DNA of 64,000 nt. Origin: a plasmid. The notes under the pieces were generated by a model. It worked only from the letters and a program-made list of their open reading frames with translations. It did no database searches and was not told the DNA's origin. Positions within the stretch are counted from its first letter, which is position 1. Every line of letters begins with the position of its first letter. The position numbers were made by a program, and so were the translations under genes. This document shows, in pieces, positions 53,709-63,861 of the stretch. The stretch lies in sequence record NZ_CP043850.1. One strand, written 5' to 3'.

Positions 53709-53930
53709 TTATGCGGCCGCGTCGACGACCTTCGTCGCGCGGTATGTACTCACGGCGCGGAGGACGGCAGGTGTTGCATGCTGGACGACCCTCAAAGCGC
53801 CGGTCGCGATCTGGAGCCGGCGCTGCACGGCCGCGTCGGCAGCCATCTTCAGGCCGATCTCTATGCCACGTTCGATCCCAACGGCAACGCCGCGGTTGAA
53901 GCCGAGACCGTAAACAGGACTTCCCATGAG
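53709..53930 (-). CDS. Small hypothetical protein (74 aa)
   Basis: RBS GGGGAG before the ATG at 53930. Low confidence. Confidence 0.25.
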   Translation of the reverse strand, partial: LMGSPVYGLGFNRGVAVGIERGIEIGLKMAADAAVQRRLQIATGALRVVQHATPAVLRAVSTYRATKVVDAAA

Positions 53931-54016
53931 TGCTCCCCAGATTGAGTGGTGCTGTCGAGCGTAGTGAGATCCGGGAGCGCCAGACCGTGAGGTGGCTGGG
54001 ACTTCAGGCGGAATCG

Positions 54017-54785
54017 TCAGGCTGTCGGCGCATCCTCGTTCACCGACGGAGGCACCGGCCCACGAGCGGCACGTACGCCAGCCCTGTACGCGCGCATCTC
54101 CCGTCGCGCGAATCGCTGATGGACGAACCATTCCCGAATGGTTCGTCCCAGACGGCGGCGGCGGACGTCGTCGACAAACATCAGCCATCCCACCCGAACC
54201 GACCGTGCCCGCTGCGTGACCTTGTTGTCGGACGGGTCCGAGACGAGCAACCATCGTTGCACCTGCACGTCCGGGCTGGAGCGCGGCTCCGCGAGCTCGT
54301 CAACATGGTCTTCCAAAACCCCGACGATGACGTTGCGGCGTTGCTCCGGGTATGCCCATTCCCTCGTGACGCGTTGCGCGCGAGCGAGGGTGAATTCGTA
54401 CTCCGTGCGCGCAATCGGTTCCATGCCCGGTCGGCAGTGCGGGTAGCAACTGCTCCGCGGTGTGACCCAGCTTCCGGAGGAACGCCTCGACCTCGCCCCG
54501 CTGACGTTGCGCGCGAGGAGACGTCACGCGGTCACTCCACAATCGCACCGCGTCACCGTACTGACGGGCGAAGTCCGACCGCGCCAGCCCGTCTTCGCGG
54601 CCGGCGAGCGACAACGCCGACACGGCGATGGCGAACTCGTCTCCGACAGACCGGTCGAGCTGGAAGTCACGATTGGAGCGAGCCTCGCGGCTGGCGTCGC
54701 GTGCGATGACCAATCCGACCAGAGCAAGGATCACCGACAGCAGAGACGCGATGACCTGGATCCAGGTCGCGAAGGCGTTGTCCAC
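54017..54785 (-). pseudogene. Frameshifted gene for a membrane-anchored protein (ORFs 54300..54785 and 54017..54424 overlap in different frames)
   Basis: Two adjacent ORFs with a 125-bp out-of-frame overlap. N-terminal TM helix in the upstream part. Confidence 0.3.
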
Positions 54786-54882
54786 AGACGAACAGTATCG
54801 TCAGGACGCCGCATTCTTCCTTCCAAGAATGCAGAAGAGGTGCACCCGGATCCCGGGTGCACCTCTTCTACTGCGCCGCTTC

Positions 54883-55719
54883 TTACTTCTGGATGAAGGC
54901 GAGGAGGTCAGGGTTGATGACCTCGGCGTGCGTGGTCAGCATGCCGTGCGGGTAGCCGGCGTACAGCTTCAGCTCAGAGTTCTGGAGGAGCTCGTGCTGC
55001 AGGAGCGCGGCGGCCTTGTAGGGAACGACCTGGTCGTCGTCGCCCTGCATGACGAGAACGGGGACCGTGATGGCCTTGAGGTCTTCGGTCTGGTCGGTCT
55101 CGGAGAAGGCCTTGATGCCCTCGTAGTGAGCGAGCGCGCTGCCCGTCATGCCCTGACGCCACCAGTTCGCGACGACCGGCTCGGACACCTCGACACCGTC
55201 GCGGTTGAAGCCGTAGAACGGACCCGACGCCACGGCCTGGAAGAACTCGGCACGGTTGGCGGCGAGAGCGGAACGGAAACCGTCGAGGACCTCGATGGGC
55301 GTGCCCTCGGGGTTGCTGTCGGACTTCAGCATGATGGGAGGAACCGAGGAGACGAGCACGGCCTTGGCGACACGACCCTGGGGCTGACCGTACTTGGCGA
55401 CGTAGCGAGCGACCTGGCCGCCGCCGGTGGAGTGGCCGATGTGGATGGCGTTCTGCAGGTCGAGGTGCTCGACGACGGCGTTCACGTCGCTGGCGTAGTG
55501 GTCCATGTCGTGGCCGGTGCTGATCTGCGACGAACGTCCGTGGCCGCGGCGGTCGCTGGCGACGACGCGGTAGCCCTTCGAGAGGAAGTAGAGCATCTGT
55601 GCGTCCCAGTCGTCGGACGACAGCGGCCAGCCGTGGTGGAACACGATGGGCTGGGCGTTCTTGTCGCCCCAGTCCTTGAAGTAGATCTCTGCGCCGTCTT
55701 CGGTGGTGATGTATCCCAT
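54883..55719 (-). CDS. Alpha/beta hydrolase, non-haem haloperoxidase/arylesterase family
   Basis: GYITTEDGAEIYFKDWG..PIVFHHGWPL..GHSTGGG nucleophile elbow. RBS AAAGGA before the ATG at 55719. Confidence 0.7.
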   Translation of the reverse strand: MGYITTEDGAEIYFKDWGDKNAQPIVFHHGWPLSSDDWDAQMLYFLSKGYRVVASDRRGHGRSSQISTGHDMDHYASDVNAVVEHLDLQNAIHIGHSTGGGQVARYVAKYGQPQGRVAKAVLVSSVPPIMLKSDSNPEGTPIEVLDGFRSALAANRAEFFQAVASGPFYGFNRDGVEVSEPVVANWWRQGMTGSALAHYEGIKAFSETDQTEDLKAITVPVLVMQGDDDQVVPYKAAALLQHELLQNSELKLYAGYPHGMLTTHAEVINPDLLAFIQK

Positions 55720-55896
55720 GATGAGTCCTTTGTCATGTCGTCGAACGAGCAAGCCCGCGCGACTGGTGGGTAGTTTGCGCCTCGACGATGTGGCGACTGC
55801 ATTCACGGTAACTTTCGGGCGCCCGCGATGTCAACGTCGGCCGAATATTGACCCCTTATCGTCGTTGAATTTTGACCCCCTCGAATTGATGTGTTG

Positions 55897-56676
55897 TTAC
55901 TTGCCCGCGGGTTGTGCGGGGGTCTTGAGGAGCTCGCGGCGTGCCCTGGTGCGGTAGGAGTCCCCGCCGAGGGTGAGGACTTCCGCGTGGTGAACGAGTC
56001 GGTCGATCATCGCGGCCGCGACGATGTCGTCGGAGAAGATCTCACCCCATCTGCCGAAGGGCATGTTGCTGGTGAGCACGATCGAGCCTTGCTCGTAGCG
56101 GGACGCGATGAGTTGGAAGAACAGGTTCGCGGCGTCCGCGTCGAATGGCAGGTAGCCGACCTCGTCGATGATCAGCATCCGGTAGCGGCGGAGTCGTTTC
56201 AGCTCATGCTCGAGCCGGCCGGCTGCGTGCGCGGCCTGGAGTCGGCCAGCCCAGCCGGTCGCGGTATCGAACAACACCGGGTATCCAGCGTGCGCGGCTT
56301 TGATGCCGAGGCCGATCGCGAGGTGTGTTTTGCCGACACCGGGTGGGCCGAGCAGGATCACGTTCTCCGCTTTCGGGATGAACGTTGTCGTCGCGAGGTG
56401 AGCGAGGACATCGCGACGCAGCGAGGGCTGATGGTCGGCGTTGAAGTCGTCCAGGGTCTTCACCGCGGGGAAGTGAGCGCCCGCGATTCGCAGTGTCGTT
56501 CCGTTCGCTTCCCGGTCCGCGACCTGGCGTTGCAGGACCGCGGTGAGGTATTCCTCGTGGGACCAGCCCTCGGTGCGGGCTTGATCGCCGAGGGTCTCCC
56601 AGACCCGGCCGATCGTGGGGGTCTTCAACGCCCGGGTCAGGTATCCCATCGTCGCCGCGATCTCCGTTTCGGGCAT
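55897..56676 (-). CDS. istB: IS21 helper ATPase IstB (intact)
   Basis: 259 aa with Walker A GPPGVGKTHLA. Confidence 0.8.
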   Translation of the reverse strand: MPETEIAATMGYLTRALKTPTIGRVWETLGDQARTEGWSHEEYLTAVLQRQVADREANGTTLRIAGAHFPAVKTLDDFNADHQPSLRRDVLAHLATTTFIPKAENVILLGPPGVGKTHLAIGLGIKAAHAGYPVLFDTATGWAGRLQAAHAAGRLEHELKRLRRYRMLIIDEVGYLPFDADAANLFFQLIASRYEQGSIVLTSNMPFGRWGEIFSDDIVAAAMIDRLVHHAEVLTLGGDSYRTRARRELLKTPAQPAGK

Positions 56677-57935
56677 CAGAGGACCTCACCGGTTCGAGGA
56701 TCGACAGGGAAATCGACGCCGAACAACTCGTCGTAGTCGGGCAGTTCCCGAAACACCACGCTGGCCGCTGGCTGCCCGCGATGGTGCAGTCGTTCTCGGT
56801 CGCGTTTCGCGGCGCTGAACGTGGAGCGCAGCCCCCTCGCGATCTCGACGTGGACAGGGTCGATGACGGTCGCGTGTTTCGCCCAACAGCGTTCGTGGTC
56901 AGCGACGGTGCGGCCATCGCAGATCACGATCACTCGTGTCAGCGTGGCCGTCACATCCACCAGCCGCCCAATCACGCGAGGGTCAACGGAGTAGTCGTTG
57001 GCATCGATGCGGACGTAGTAGTCCCGCGCCAATCGGACCCGGTTTCGCAGCCCCGTCACCGGCGGCAGCGGCGGCAACACGGTCATCGCCTGCAGATCCC
57101 GCTCCACCACGTCGATAGGTCGCCCGCCCAGCGAGCGGATCGTGCGGGAGTTCGCCCGCGGGAGCCACTCCGCGAGTTGGCTGTTGAAACTGTCCGGTGA
57201 CGCGAACGACCGCCCGGGCAGGAACGATGTCTCCATGTACTGGTTGTTGCGTTCGGTCATGCCCTTGAACTCCGGATCCCGCGGAGGGGCGAGCACGATC
57301 CTCGTCGCCAACGTTCCCGCGAACGCGGCCGCGGCCTGCGTGACAGTCCCCTTCCCCCCGATCGCGGCCTCACGATCCCAGACGAGCGTCTTCGAGACCC
57401 GCCCGACACGAGAGATCAGCTGCCACATCCCCGCGACCAGATCGCCCGCCTGCCGGGACGGGAGCATCACCGCGGACAGGAACCGGGAGAACGTCAACGT
57501 CATCACGAGCACCGGCAGCATCAACGCTTGCCCATGCCCGACAGGGATCCGCGGCTCCGGGAACCACAGATCCATCTGCGCGCTCTCGCCAGGAAGATGA
57601 ATCAGACGATCCGCGGGATCGACCCCGGCATACTCCGGACGAATCGTCCGGATCCGATCCTTCAGAATCGTGATCGAGTGTTCCCACCCGATCCGCTCCG
57701 CGATCACCGTCGCCGGCATCCTCGCATCCACCACCAAGAGCTTGCGGATCTCGGGCTCCGCAGCGTCAACGAGTGACCCTTTCCCTGCCCGCTGATACGA
57801 CGGCGGCGTCTCTGACGCCAACGCCGACCGCACCGTATTTCGCGCCACACCGAGCCGACGCACGATCTCCTTGATCGACACGCCCTCCGCCCGATGCAAC
57901 CGCCTGATCTCTGCCCACTGTTCCAAATTGATCAC
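56676..57935 (-). CDS. istA: IS21-family transposase IstA
   Basis: Identical to the copy 1 istA. Confidence 0.8.
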   Translation of the reverse strand: MINLEQWAEIRRLHRAEGVSIKEIVRRLGVARNTVRSALASETPPSYQRAGKGSLVDAAEPEIRKLLVVDARMPATVIAERIGWEHSITILKDRIRTIRPEYAGVDPADRLIHLPGESAQMDLWFPEPRIPVGHGQALMLPVLVMTLTFSRFLSAVMLPSRQAGDLVAGMWQLISRVGRVSKTLVWDREAAIGGKGTVTQAAAAFAGTLATRIVLAPPRDPEFKGMTERNNQYMETSFLPGRSFASPDSFNSQLAEWLPRANSRTIRSLGGRPIDVVERDLQAMTVLPPLPPVTGLRNRVRLARDYYVRIDANDYSVDPRVIGRLVDVTATLTRVIVICDGRTVADHERCWAKHATVIDPVHVEIARGLRSTFSAAKRDRERLHHRGQPAASVVFRELPDYDELFGVDFPVDPRTGEVL

Positions 57936-58080
57936 CCTCCAAAGGATGCCCGGAAGGGGTCAAAATTCCCCGACGCTCAGGGGTCAGTATTCACGCGTCG
58001 TCGACAGGGGTCCCTCGCCACAAACGACCGAATCTGTCGAGTCAGTTGCAGAGCGCCGGGGTCAAGGGAACGACTCCGCC

Positions 58081-58647
58081 TTAGCGGGGATGGCGGAGGC
58101 CGCGTGACCGTGCGATGAGGCAGACCAGCAGCCCGAGGGCTGCTGCCGTACTGGCAAGGTGGATCGGCCACGCCCACGGGCTGTGGTCGCCCCCGGAGAT
58201 CATGTAGGTGTCGGCCAGGCCCAATCCCATACCGAAGGAGGCCACCCAGTAGGCAGGGGCCGCGGCGGTAAGCAATCCCAGGCCCATGGTCAGGAGCATC
58301 AGAGGGTCGATCCGTGGCCGGCGCCGGGCCAGGCGACCCAGCACGAGGGCGCCGCCGATTCCTGCGAAGAAAGCGAGCGCGGGGAAGGCCGCCAGCTCGA
58401 ACACGCTGACCTGCGGGGCCAAGTCAGCATAGATCTGGGTGAGGCTACGGTCTGCGGGTGCTGCGGCCAGCGGGTTGAGGACGAGGGTCTGCAATGCCCC
58501 GAGGAGGGCCAACATCGCCAGGAGGGAGGGGATCGCAGTGCGTGTCGCCGGACCCATCCACGCAGGCCTAGCGGAGGCGGGTGAGCCGCCAGCGGTGCGG
58601 GGCTCGACCGGGCCCGGGCGGGCAGAAGGCGGGAAAGGGCGCGACAT
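58081..58647 (-). CDS. Hypothetical polytopic membrane protein
   Basis: Multiple hydrophobic helices. Pro/Arg-rich N-terminus. Confidence 0.4.
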   Translation of the reverse strand: MSRPFPPSARPGPVEPRTAGGSPASARPAWMGPATRTAIPSLLAMLALLGALQTLVLNPLAAAPADRSLTQIYADLAPQVSVFELAAFPALAFFAGIGGALVLGRLARRRPRIDPLMLLTMGLGLLTAAAPAYWVASFGMGLGLADTYMISGGDHSPWAWPIHLASTAAALGLLVCLIARSRGLRHPR

Positions 58648-58799
58648 GGGCTCACTCTAGGGCCATCCCCGCGCCTGGCCCTCGGTGACCAAGCAGGGTG
58701 CAGGCGCATTGGCTGGGCATCTGGCTGAGTTGCAGCGGATGGCCCAACTGGCTTCGCCCACTGGCGCGTCTTCGGGACGACGCAAACGACCGAATCTGC

Positions 58800-59297
58800 C
58801 TAATCGACGGGCTGGAATCCAAGTTTCTGGTAGATCCCCATGGCCGCCTCGGAGGTGCCCTCGCCGAAGCGCAGACTCAGGGCGGGGTCGCCGGCGGCGG
58901 AGCAGACGTCGACGGCGTGCTGCACCAGGGCGCGCCCGACCCCCTTCCCGCGCGCGGCGGGATCGGTGAAGAGGTCAATGATGAACGGCCCCGCGAGGTC
59001 CGCGTCCCAGATCGAGTGGGTGACCACCATGATCGCCCCGGCCAGGCGGCCGTCCACCCACGCCGAGGCGCTCGCGTCGGCGCGCAGCTCCCCGTAGTCG
59101 CCGCGGAAGGTCGCCTCCATCTCCTCCCGCGCTTCGGCCAGGTCGGAGGCGGCGACGCCCGGTGGGTAGGCGGCGAGGTAGCACCGGGCCAGGTCATCGG
59201 CCGTCCCCGCGTCCAGTCCTCGGAGCTCGAGGCTTCCAGGGGCGTGGTCAGCGGAGTGGGTCGGCGGCAGGTGAAGGGTCAGCAGGTCAGTAGACAC
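58800..59297 (-). CDS. GNAT-family N-acetyltransferase
   Basis: Motif A region GKGVGRALVQHAV and a C-terminal YQKLGF. Confidence 0.65.
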   Translation of the reverse strand: MSTDLLTLHLPPTHSADHAPGSLELRGLDAGTADDLARCYLAAYPPGVAASDLAEAREEMEATFRGDYGELRADASASAWVDGRLAGAIMVVTHSIWDADLAGPFIIDLFTDPAARGKGVGRALVQHAVDVCSAAGDPALSLRFGEGTSEAAMGIYQKLGFQPVD

Positions 59298-59720
59298 AGG
59301 GGTTCCTCTCGTGATGGTTGGCTACTCACAGTGATGCCGTCACAGAGTGAACATGGTCAGAACGATAACAGCGCACACCTGCTCTCGGAATGAGTCGAGT
59401 CGGTCGGAACATGAGTGACCTATGCATGTCCAAGCAATGCACGCGCTGGCAGTTCGTTTCGGTGGCGGGGATTGGGCCAGCCACAAACAACCGATATGGG
59501 CGTTCAGCGAGGGGGTGAGTCGGTCTCTGCGGATCGGGGGGTCACCGCGGGGAGGTCACAGGGGAGCTTCACGACTGTCCGACTCGCGGCGACGCTTGGT
59601 GATCGCAGTCCGAAAGATGAGCGGCACGATCCCGAGGACGAAAAGACCCCAGCCCACCAGGGCGCGCCATTCCATCTGCGAGTTGGAGAGAACAAGGCTC
59701 CCGGCGAGAGTTGAGTCCCG

Positions 59721-61117
59721 CATAGTGGTGTAGCGCCCGGTGGTCGGGCGTGTCGTCTCAGACGTGGACGCGGCCACCGTGTGATCCGTCGAGTCAACCT
59801 TCCACAGAATCCTCGAATGGAGTCATCACGATGACCGCTCCTCATATTCTCGACCCTGCCGGCCTGCTCGGAGAAGCCCTGTCTGAAGCGTCCCCGGACA
59901 TGATGCGCCATCTGCTGCAGACCATGATCAACACCTTGCTGTCCGCGGATGCCGACGCGGTGGTCGGTGCCGAATGGGGCAAGCCCAGCTCCTCGCGCAC
60001 TGCTCAGCGGAACGGGTACCGCCACCGGGACCTGGACACCCGGGTCGGCACCCTGGACGTGGCCATCCCCAAGCTCAGATCGGGCACGTACTTCCCGGAC
60101 TGGCTACTTGAACGCAGGAAGAGAGCGGAGTCGGCGCTGATCACCGTGGTCGCTGACTGCTACCTCGCCGGGGTCTCGACCCGACGGATGGACAAGCTGG
60201 TCAAGACTCTGGGCGTCAACGCCCTGTCCAAGTCCCAAGTCTCCCGGATGGCCACCGAGCTCGACGAGCAGGTGGAGGCCTTCCGCCACCGGCCGCTCGG
60301 GGAGGCGGGACCGTTCACGTTCGTTGCCGCGGACGCGTTGACGATGAAGGTGCGTGAGGGCGGGCGTGTGGTCAACGCGGTGGTGCTCATCGCCACCGGG
60401 GTCAACGGCGACGGCCACCGCGAAGTGTTGGGCCTGCGGGTGGCCACCAGCGAGACCGGGGCGGCGTGGAACGAGTTCTTCGCCGACCTGGTCGCCCGGG
60501 GCCTGGCCGGGGTCCGGCTGGTCACCTCTGATGCCCACCCCGGGCTCAAGGACGCCATCGCCGCGAACCTGCCCGGTGCGGTGTGGCAACGCTGCCGCAC
60601 CCACTACGCGGCGAACCTGATGGGCATCACCCCGAAGAGCATGTGGCCGGCGGTGAAGGCCATGCTCCACTCGGTCTACGACCAGCCCGATGCCGCCAGC
60701 GTCAACGCCCAGTTCGACCGGCTGCTGGACTACGTGAGCGAGAAACTGCCGGTGGTGGCCGAGCACCTCGATGCTGCCCGGGCCGACATCCTGGCGTTCA
60801 CCACATTCCCCAAGGACGTCTGGACCCAGATCTGGTCGAACAACCCGGCCGAGCGGCTCAACCGCGAGATCCGCCGCCGCACCGACGCGGTGGGCATCTT
60901 CCCCAACCGGGCGGCCATCGTCAGGCTAGTGGGTGCGGTGCTGGCCGAGCAGACCGATGAATGGGCCGAGGGTCGACGCTACCTCGGTCTCGAAGTCCTG
61001 GCCCGCTGCCGACTCACCACCGTGACCAACACCGGAGACGAGGTGGACCCCGACACCGAACTCAACCTCGGCCTCAGCGCCTGACCCCCATGAAGGATCA
61101 GACCGCTACACCATCAC
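59721..61117 (+). mobile_element. IS256-family insertion sequence (~1.4 kb) with short terminal IRs (..GTGGTGTAGCG / CGCTACACCATCAC..)
   Basis: Contains a mutator-type transposase. Boundaries are approximate. Confidence 0.55.
59831..61084 (+). CDS. IS256-family (mutator-type) transposase
   Basis: 417 aa with conserved NGYRHR..L.T and DDE-region motifs. Confidence 0.8.
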   Translation: MTAPHILDPAGLLGEALSEASPDMMRHLLQTMINTLLSADADAVVGAEWGKPSSSRTAQRNGYRHRDLDTRVGTLDVAIPKLRSGTYFPDWLLERRKRAESALITVVADCYLAGVSTRRMDKLVKTLGVNALSKSQVSRMATELDEQVEAFRHRPLGEAGPFTFVAADALTMKVREGGRVVNAVVLIATGVNGDGHREVLGLRVATSETGAAWNEFFADLVARGLAGVRLVTSDAHPGLKDAIAANLPGAVWQRCRTHYAANLMGITPKSMWPAVKAMLHSVYDQPDAASVNAQFDRLLDYVSEKLPVVAEHLDAARADILAFTTFPKDVWTQIWSNNPAERLNREIRRRTDAVGIFPNRAAIVRLVGAVLAEQTDEWAEGRRYLGLEVLARCRLTTVTNTGDEVDPDTELNLGLSA

Positions 61118-61224
61118 GAGGGGCTTGACCCCGGCGAGCCATAGCGCCATGGTCAGCAAGGTGAGGCCCCAGTAGGTTCGCTGTGATTTTCTCATGTCTC
61201 CACAGCAGAAGAGTGGGAGAGGCC

Positions 61225-62505
61225 ATGGGGAAAGGGCCCGGTGGGAGCATGCAGCAGCGACCGATCCGGGCAGAGACGTGGAGACTCCGTTTCGGGGCCA
61301 GCATGGTGGGGGATGGGCCTGGCACCGCGGATCTGGCCCTCGACGAAGCCTGCGGGCCGGGGGAGGATGGGCCGATGAAGGCGAGCGTGCAGGACCTGCT
61401 GGCCGGCCCGCGTGGGCGGCGTCTGTGTCTGGAGGCGACGAGGATGCTCAGCCTCCGGGTTGCCGAGCTGGTGTTCTGGCTGGGCTATGAGCTGGATCCG
61501 GGCCGGGGCACCTCCCTGGTCGTGTGGTCCCCGGGCGGCGGTGCCCTGGAGGCGGGCGCGCGTCCTGCCGTGTCCATCGAGCAGGCGGCGCAAGCGATGG
61601 CCGACCTCGACCTCTCGGGCCTGACGGATGAGGTGGTCCAGGCGGCCCTGGTCGGTACGGTCATGTCGGCCCGGTACTGGCAGGAGCCCGACGGCGAGGA
61701 TGTGCTCGCCGGGCATCCGGCCGTCCAGGCCGCCCTGGAACCGGTGGCCGAGGGCGTGCTGGGCTCGGCAGTGGCCCGGCACTGGGGGAGTCCGCGCGCA
61801 GCGGCGCAGTGGGTGATCGACTGGCGGGCGTTCGAGGATCCGGCCCCGGTGTCCCGGGATGCTCAAGGGGTCCTGGCGGCCTGGGCTCGGGAAGAACGGC
61901 GGCAGGAAGTCCGGGCTGCCACTGAGCATCCTGCTGATCCGACGGCGAACTTCTCCGGGACCTGGTGGTCCATCCCGCAGGGGGCCGTCGTCAGCGTCGG
62001 GCAGATCCCGGCTGGGTTGGACCTCGTCGAGGACGACATCGGCGCGGAGGCGGCCACGGTGATCCCGGTGCGGGGAGCGGGTCGGACGTATGAGGTCCGT
62101 GGCCCCGGTGACTGGGTCCGGCTGTGTCGGTGGTTCCCGCTGGAGGTCAGTGCCTCGCGTCGGCACGACTGGTACCGGGTGACCGGCCGGTCCGGGCGGT
62201 GGGTCATCCCGGACTGGGAGCAGGTCGCTTCCGAGTGGGACGCGGTGCACCTGACCACCTTGGGCTATCTCGGCGCGGCCACGCGCGCTCTGCCCGTGGA
62301 CGCGGACATGGCCACGGTGCTCGCCGGGTGGAACCCGGACACCACCGTGTGGCTCACCGACACGGTCCGTGAGTCGGAGGAGCCCCGCCAATGTTGGCAG
62401 CGCGTATCCGGCGACGACGGATGGGCCCGTTGCTTGCCCGTCCGTGATGTCGGCTCGGAGGGCCCCGCGCGGGGACGCGGGGCCAGCCCGCCGGTGGAGG
62501 GGTGA
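61225..62505 (+). CDS. Hypothetical protein; N-terminus uncertain
   Basis: Long ORF with no recognisable domain. Confidence 0.4.
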   Translation: MGKGPGGSMQQRPIRAETWRLRFGASMVGDGPGTADLALDEACGPGEDGPMKASVQDLLAGPRGRRLCLEATRMLSLRVAELVFWLGYELDPGRGTSLVVWSPGGGALEAGARPAVSIEQAAQAMADLDLSGLTDEVVQAALVGTVMSARYWQEPDGEDVLAGHPAVQAALEPVAEGVLGSAVARHWGSPRAAAQWVIDWRAFEDPAPVSRDAQGVLAAWAREERRQEVRAATEHPADPTANFSGTWWSIPQGAVVSVGQIPAGLDLVEDDIGAEAATVIPVRGAGRTYEVRGPGDWVRLCRWFPLEVSASRRHDWYRVTGRSGRWVIPDWEQVASEWDAVHLTTLGYLGAATRALPVDADMATVLAGWNPDTTVWLTDTVRESEEPRQCWQRVSGDDGWARCLPVRDVGSEGPARGRGASPPVEG

Positions 62506-62876
62506 GCAAGCGCGGGCCTTCTGCGTCGGGCCAGATGCCTTCCACGGAGGCTGTGCTCAGCATCCTTCGGCGTCTGGAGCGGCGTCACTTCAGCCGTGAT
62601 GTCTATGCGCGGTTGCTTGACGCCGACGTGACCGGGGAGGTGCTCACGGTGGTGGCCTGGCAGGGGGGTCCTTCCCCGGCGGACCCGGAGCGGGTGATCG
62701 CTCACCGCACGGACCTGCGCCAGCGTCTGACCGAATGCCGTGGCGATCTCGAGGCGGTGCTGATGGATGCGTTGCAGTTCGGTGTGTACGAACCAAGCTC
62801 GCCGGGCAGGCCGCCGGCGGGGGATGAGCCTGCCCGGCTGCTGGAGAAGTATCCCGAGGCCACCTGGTACGAGTGA
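62502..62876 (+). CDS. Hypothetical protein (GTG start overlapping the upstream stop)
   Basis: GTGA overlap suggests translational coupling. Confidence 0.35.
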   Translation: MSKRGPSASGQMPSTEAVLSILRRLERRHFSRDVYARLLDADVTGEVLTVVAWQGGPSPADPERVIAHRTDLRQRLTECRGDLEAVLMDALQFGVYEPSSPGRPPAGDEPARLLEKYPEATWYE

Positions 62877-63019
62877 GGAAGCTGGAGCGACGCGCGGCAA
62901 CATCTGGTCAGCGTCCAGTCGGGTATACCCCTTTACACACCCCCCGCCGCCACGAGAGGATCACGTCAGAGTGGGTTCATTTTGGACCCGTTGGACATAC
63001 CTGACGGAGGGTCTTAGAC

Positions 63020-63598
63020 GTGGTTGGACAGACTGTGGGGTACGTGCGGGTGAGCTCGGCGGAGCAGAACCTGGACCGCCAGCTCGAGGCGGTGGGGGAG
63101 TGCGACCGTGTCTTCCAGGACAAGATCTCCGGCAGCTCCCGCGCCAAGCGCGCCGGGCTGGCGGAGCTGATGCGGTACGTCCGCGAGGGGGATCTGGTGA
63201 AGGTCGCCTCCATGGACCGGCTGGGCCGGGACACCCGGGACCTGTACGCCATCGTGGACGAACTGACCGACAAGGGGTGCGCGGTGCAGTTCGTGTCCGA
63301 GCGGATCACCGTGGACAAGTCCGGCACCTCCCCGGTGGACGGGCTCATGCTGGGCATCCTGGCCGCGTTCGCTGAGTTCGAGCGTCGACGGATCAAGGAG
63401 CGCCAGGCAGAAGGCATCGCCCTGGCCAAGACGAGAGGCAAGTACGTGCAGGCCCCGAAGCTCTCGGACACCGACGTGGAGCAGGCCCGGGTGATGATCG
63501 AGATGGGGATCCCGAAGGCTGAGGTCGCTCGCACCTTCGGGGTCAGCCGGCAAACCCTGTACACCTCCCTCGCTCGCGGAGCAACGATGTTGCCTTGA
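63020..63598 (+). CDS. Serine recombinase (resolvase/invertase family)
   Basis: GYVRVSSAEQNLDRQ active-site Ser region, C-terminal HTH, RBS GGAGG. Confidence 0.8.
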   Translation: MVGQTVGYVRVSSAEQNLDRQLEAVGECDRVFQDKISGSSRAKRAGLAELMRYVREGDLVKVASMDRLGRDTRDLYAIVDELTDKGCAVQFVSERITVDKSGTSPVDGLMLGILAAFAEFERRRIKERQAEGIALAKTRGKYVQAPKLSDTDVEQARVMIEMGIPKAEVARTFGVSRQTLYTSLARGATMLP

Positions 63599-63861
63599 GT
63601 GCCCCAAGGGGAGAGTCAGACCCCTGCTAGTAAGCTTCACGGGTAGGGGTAATGGTGAACCACCAACGGCTCGACTGTAGGGCATTTTTGTGCAGTCCGT
63701 GCATTTACCAAATTGGTTTAGAAAATCCTACGGACCCGCCCGACGCAGATATCTTTATATCGGTCCTCTCCTCCTTTAATCTCCATGCCCCTTGGGTCAC
63801 GGCAGTCGGCGTGGCGGCTATGAAATACCCCAGCGCTTTAGCGACACGCTGACGAACATCG

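Larger units (their letters stand above)
55829..58006 (-). mobile_element. IS21-family insertion sequence, copy 2 (intact)
   Basis: Direct repeat of copy 1. The two copies lie 2.9 kb apart in the same orientation. Confidence 0.8.
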
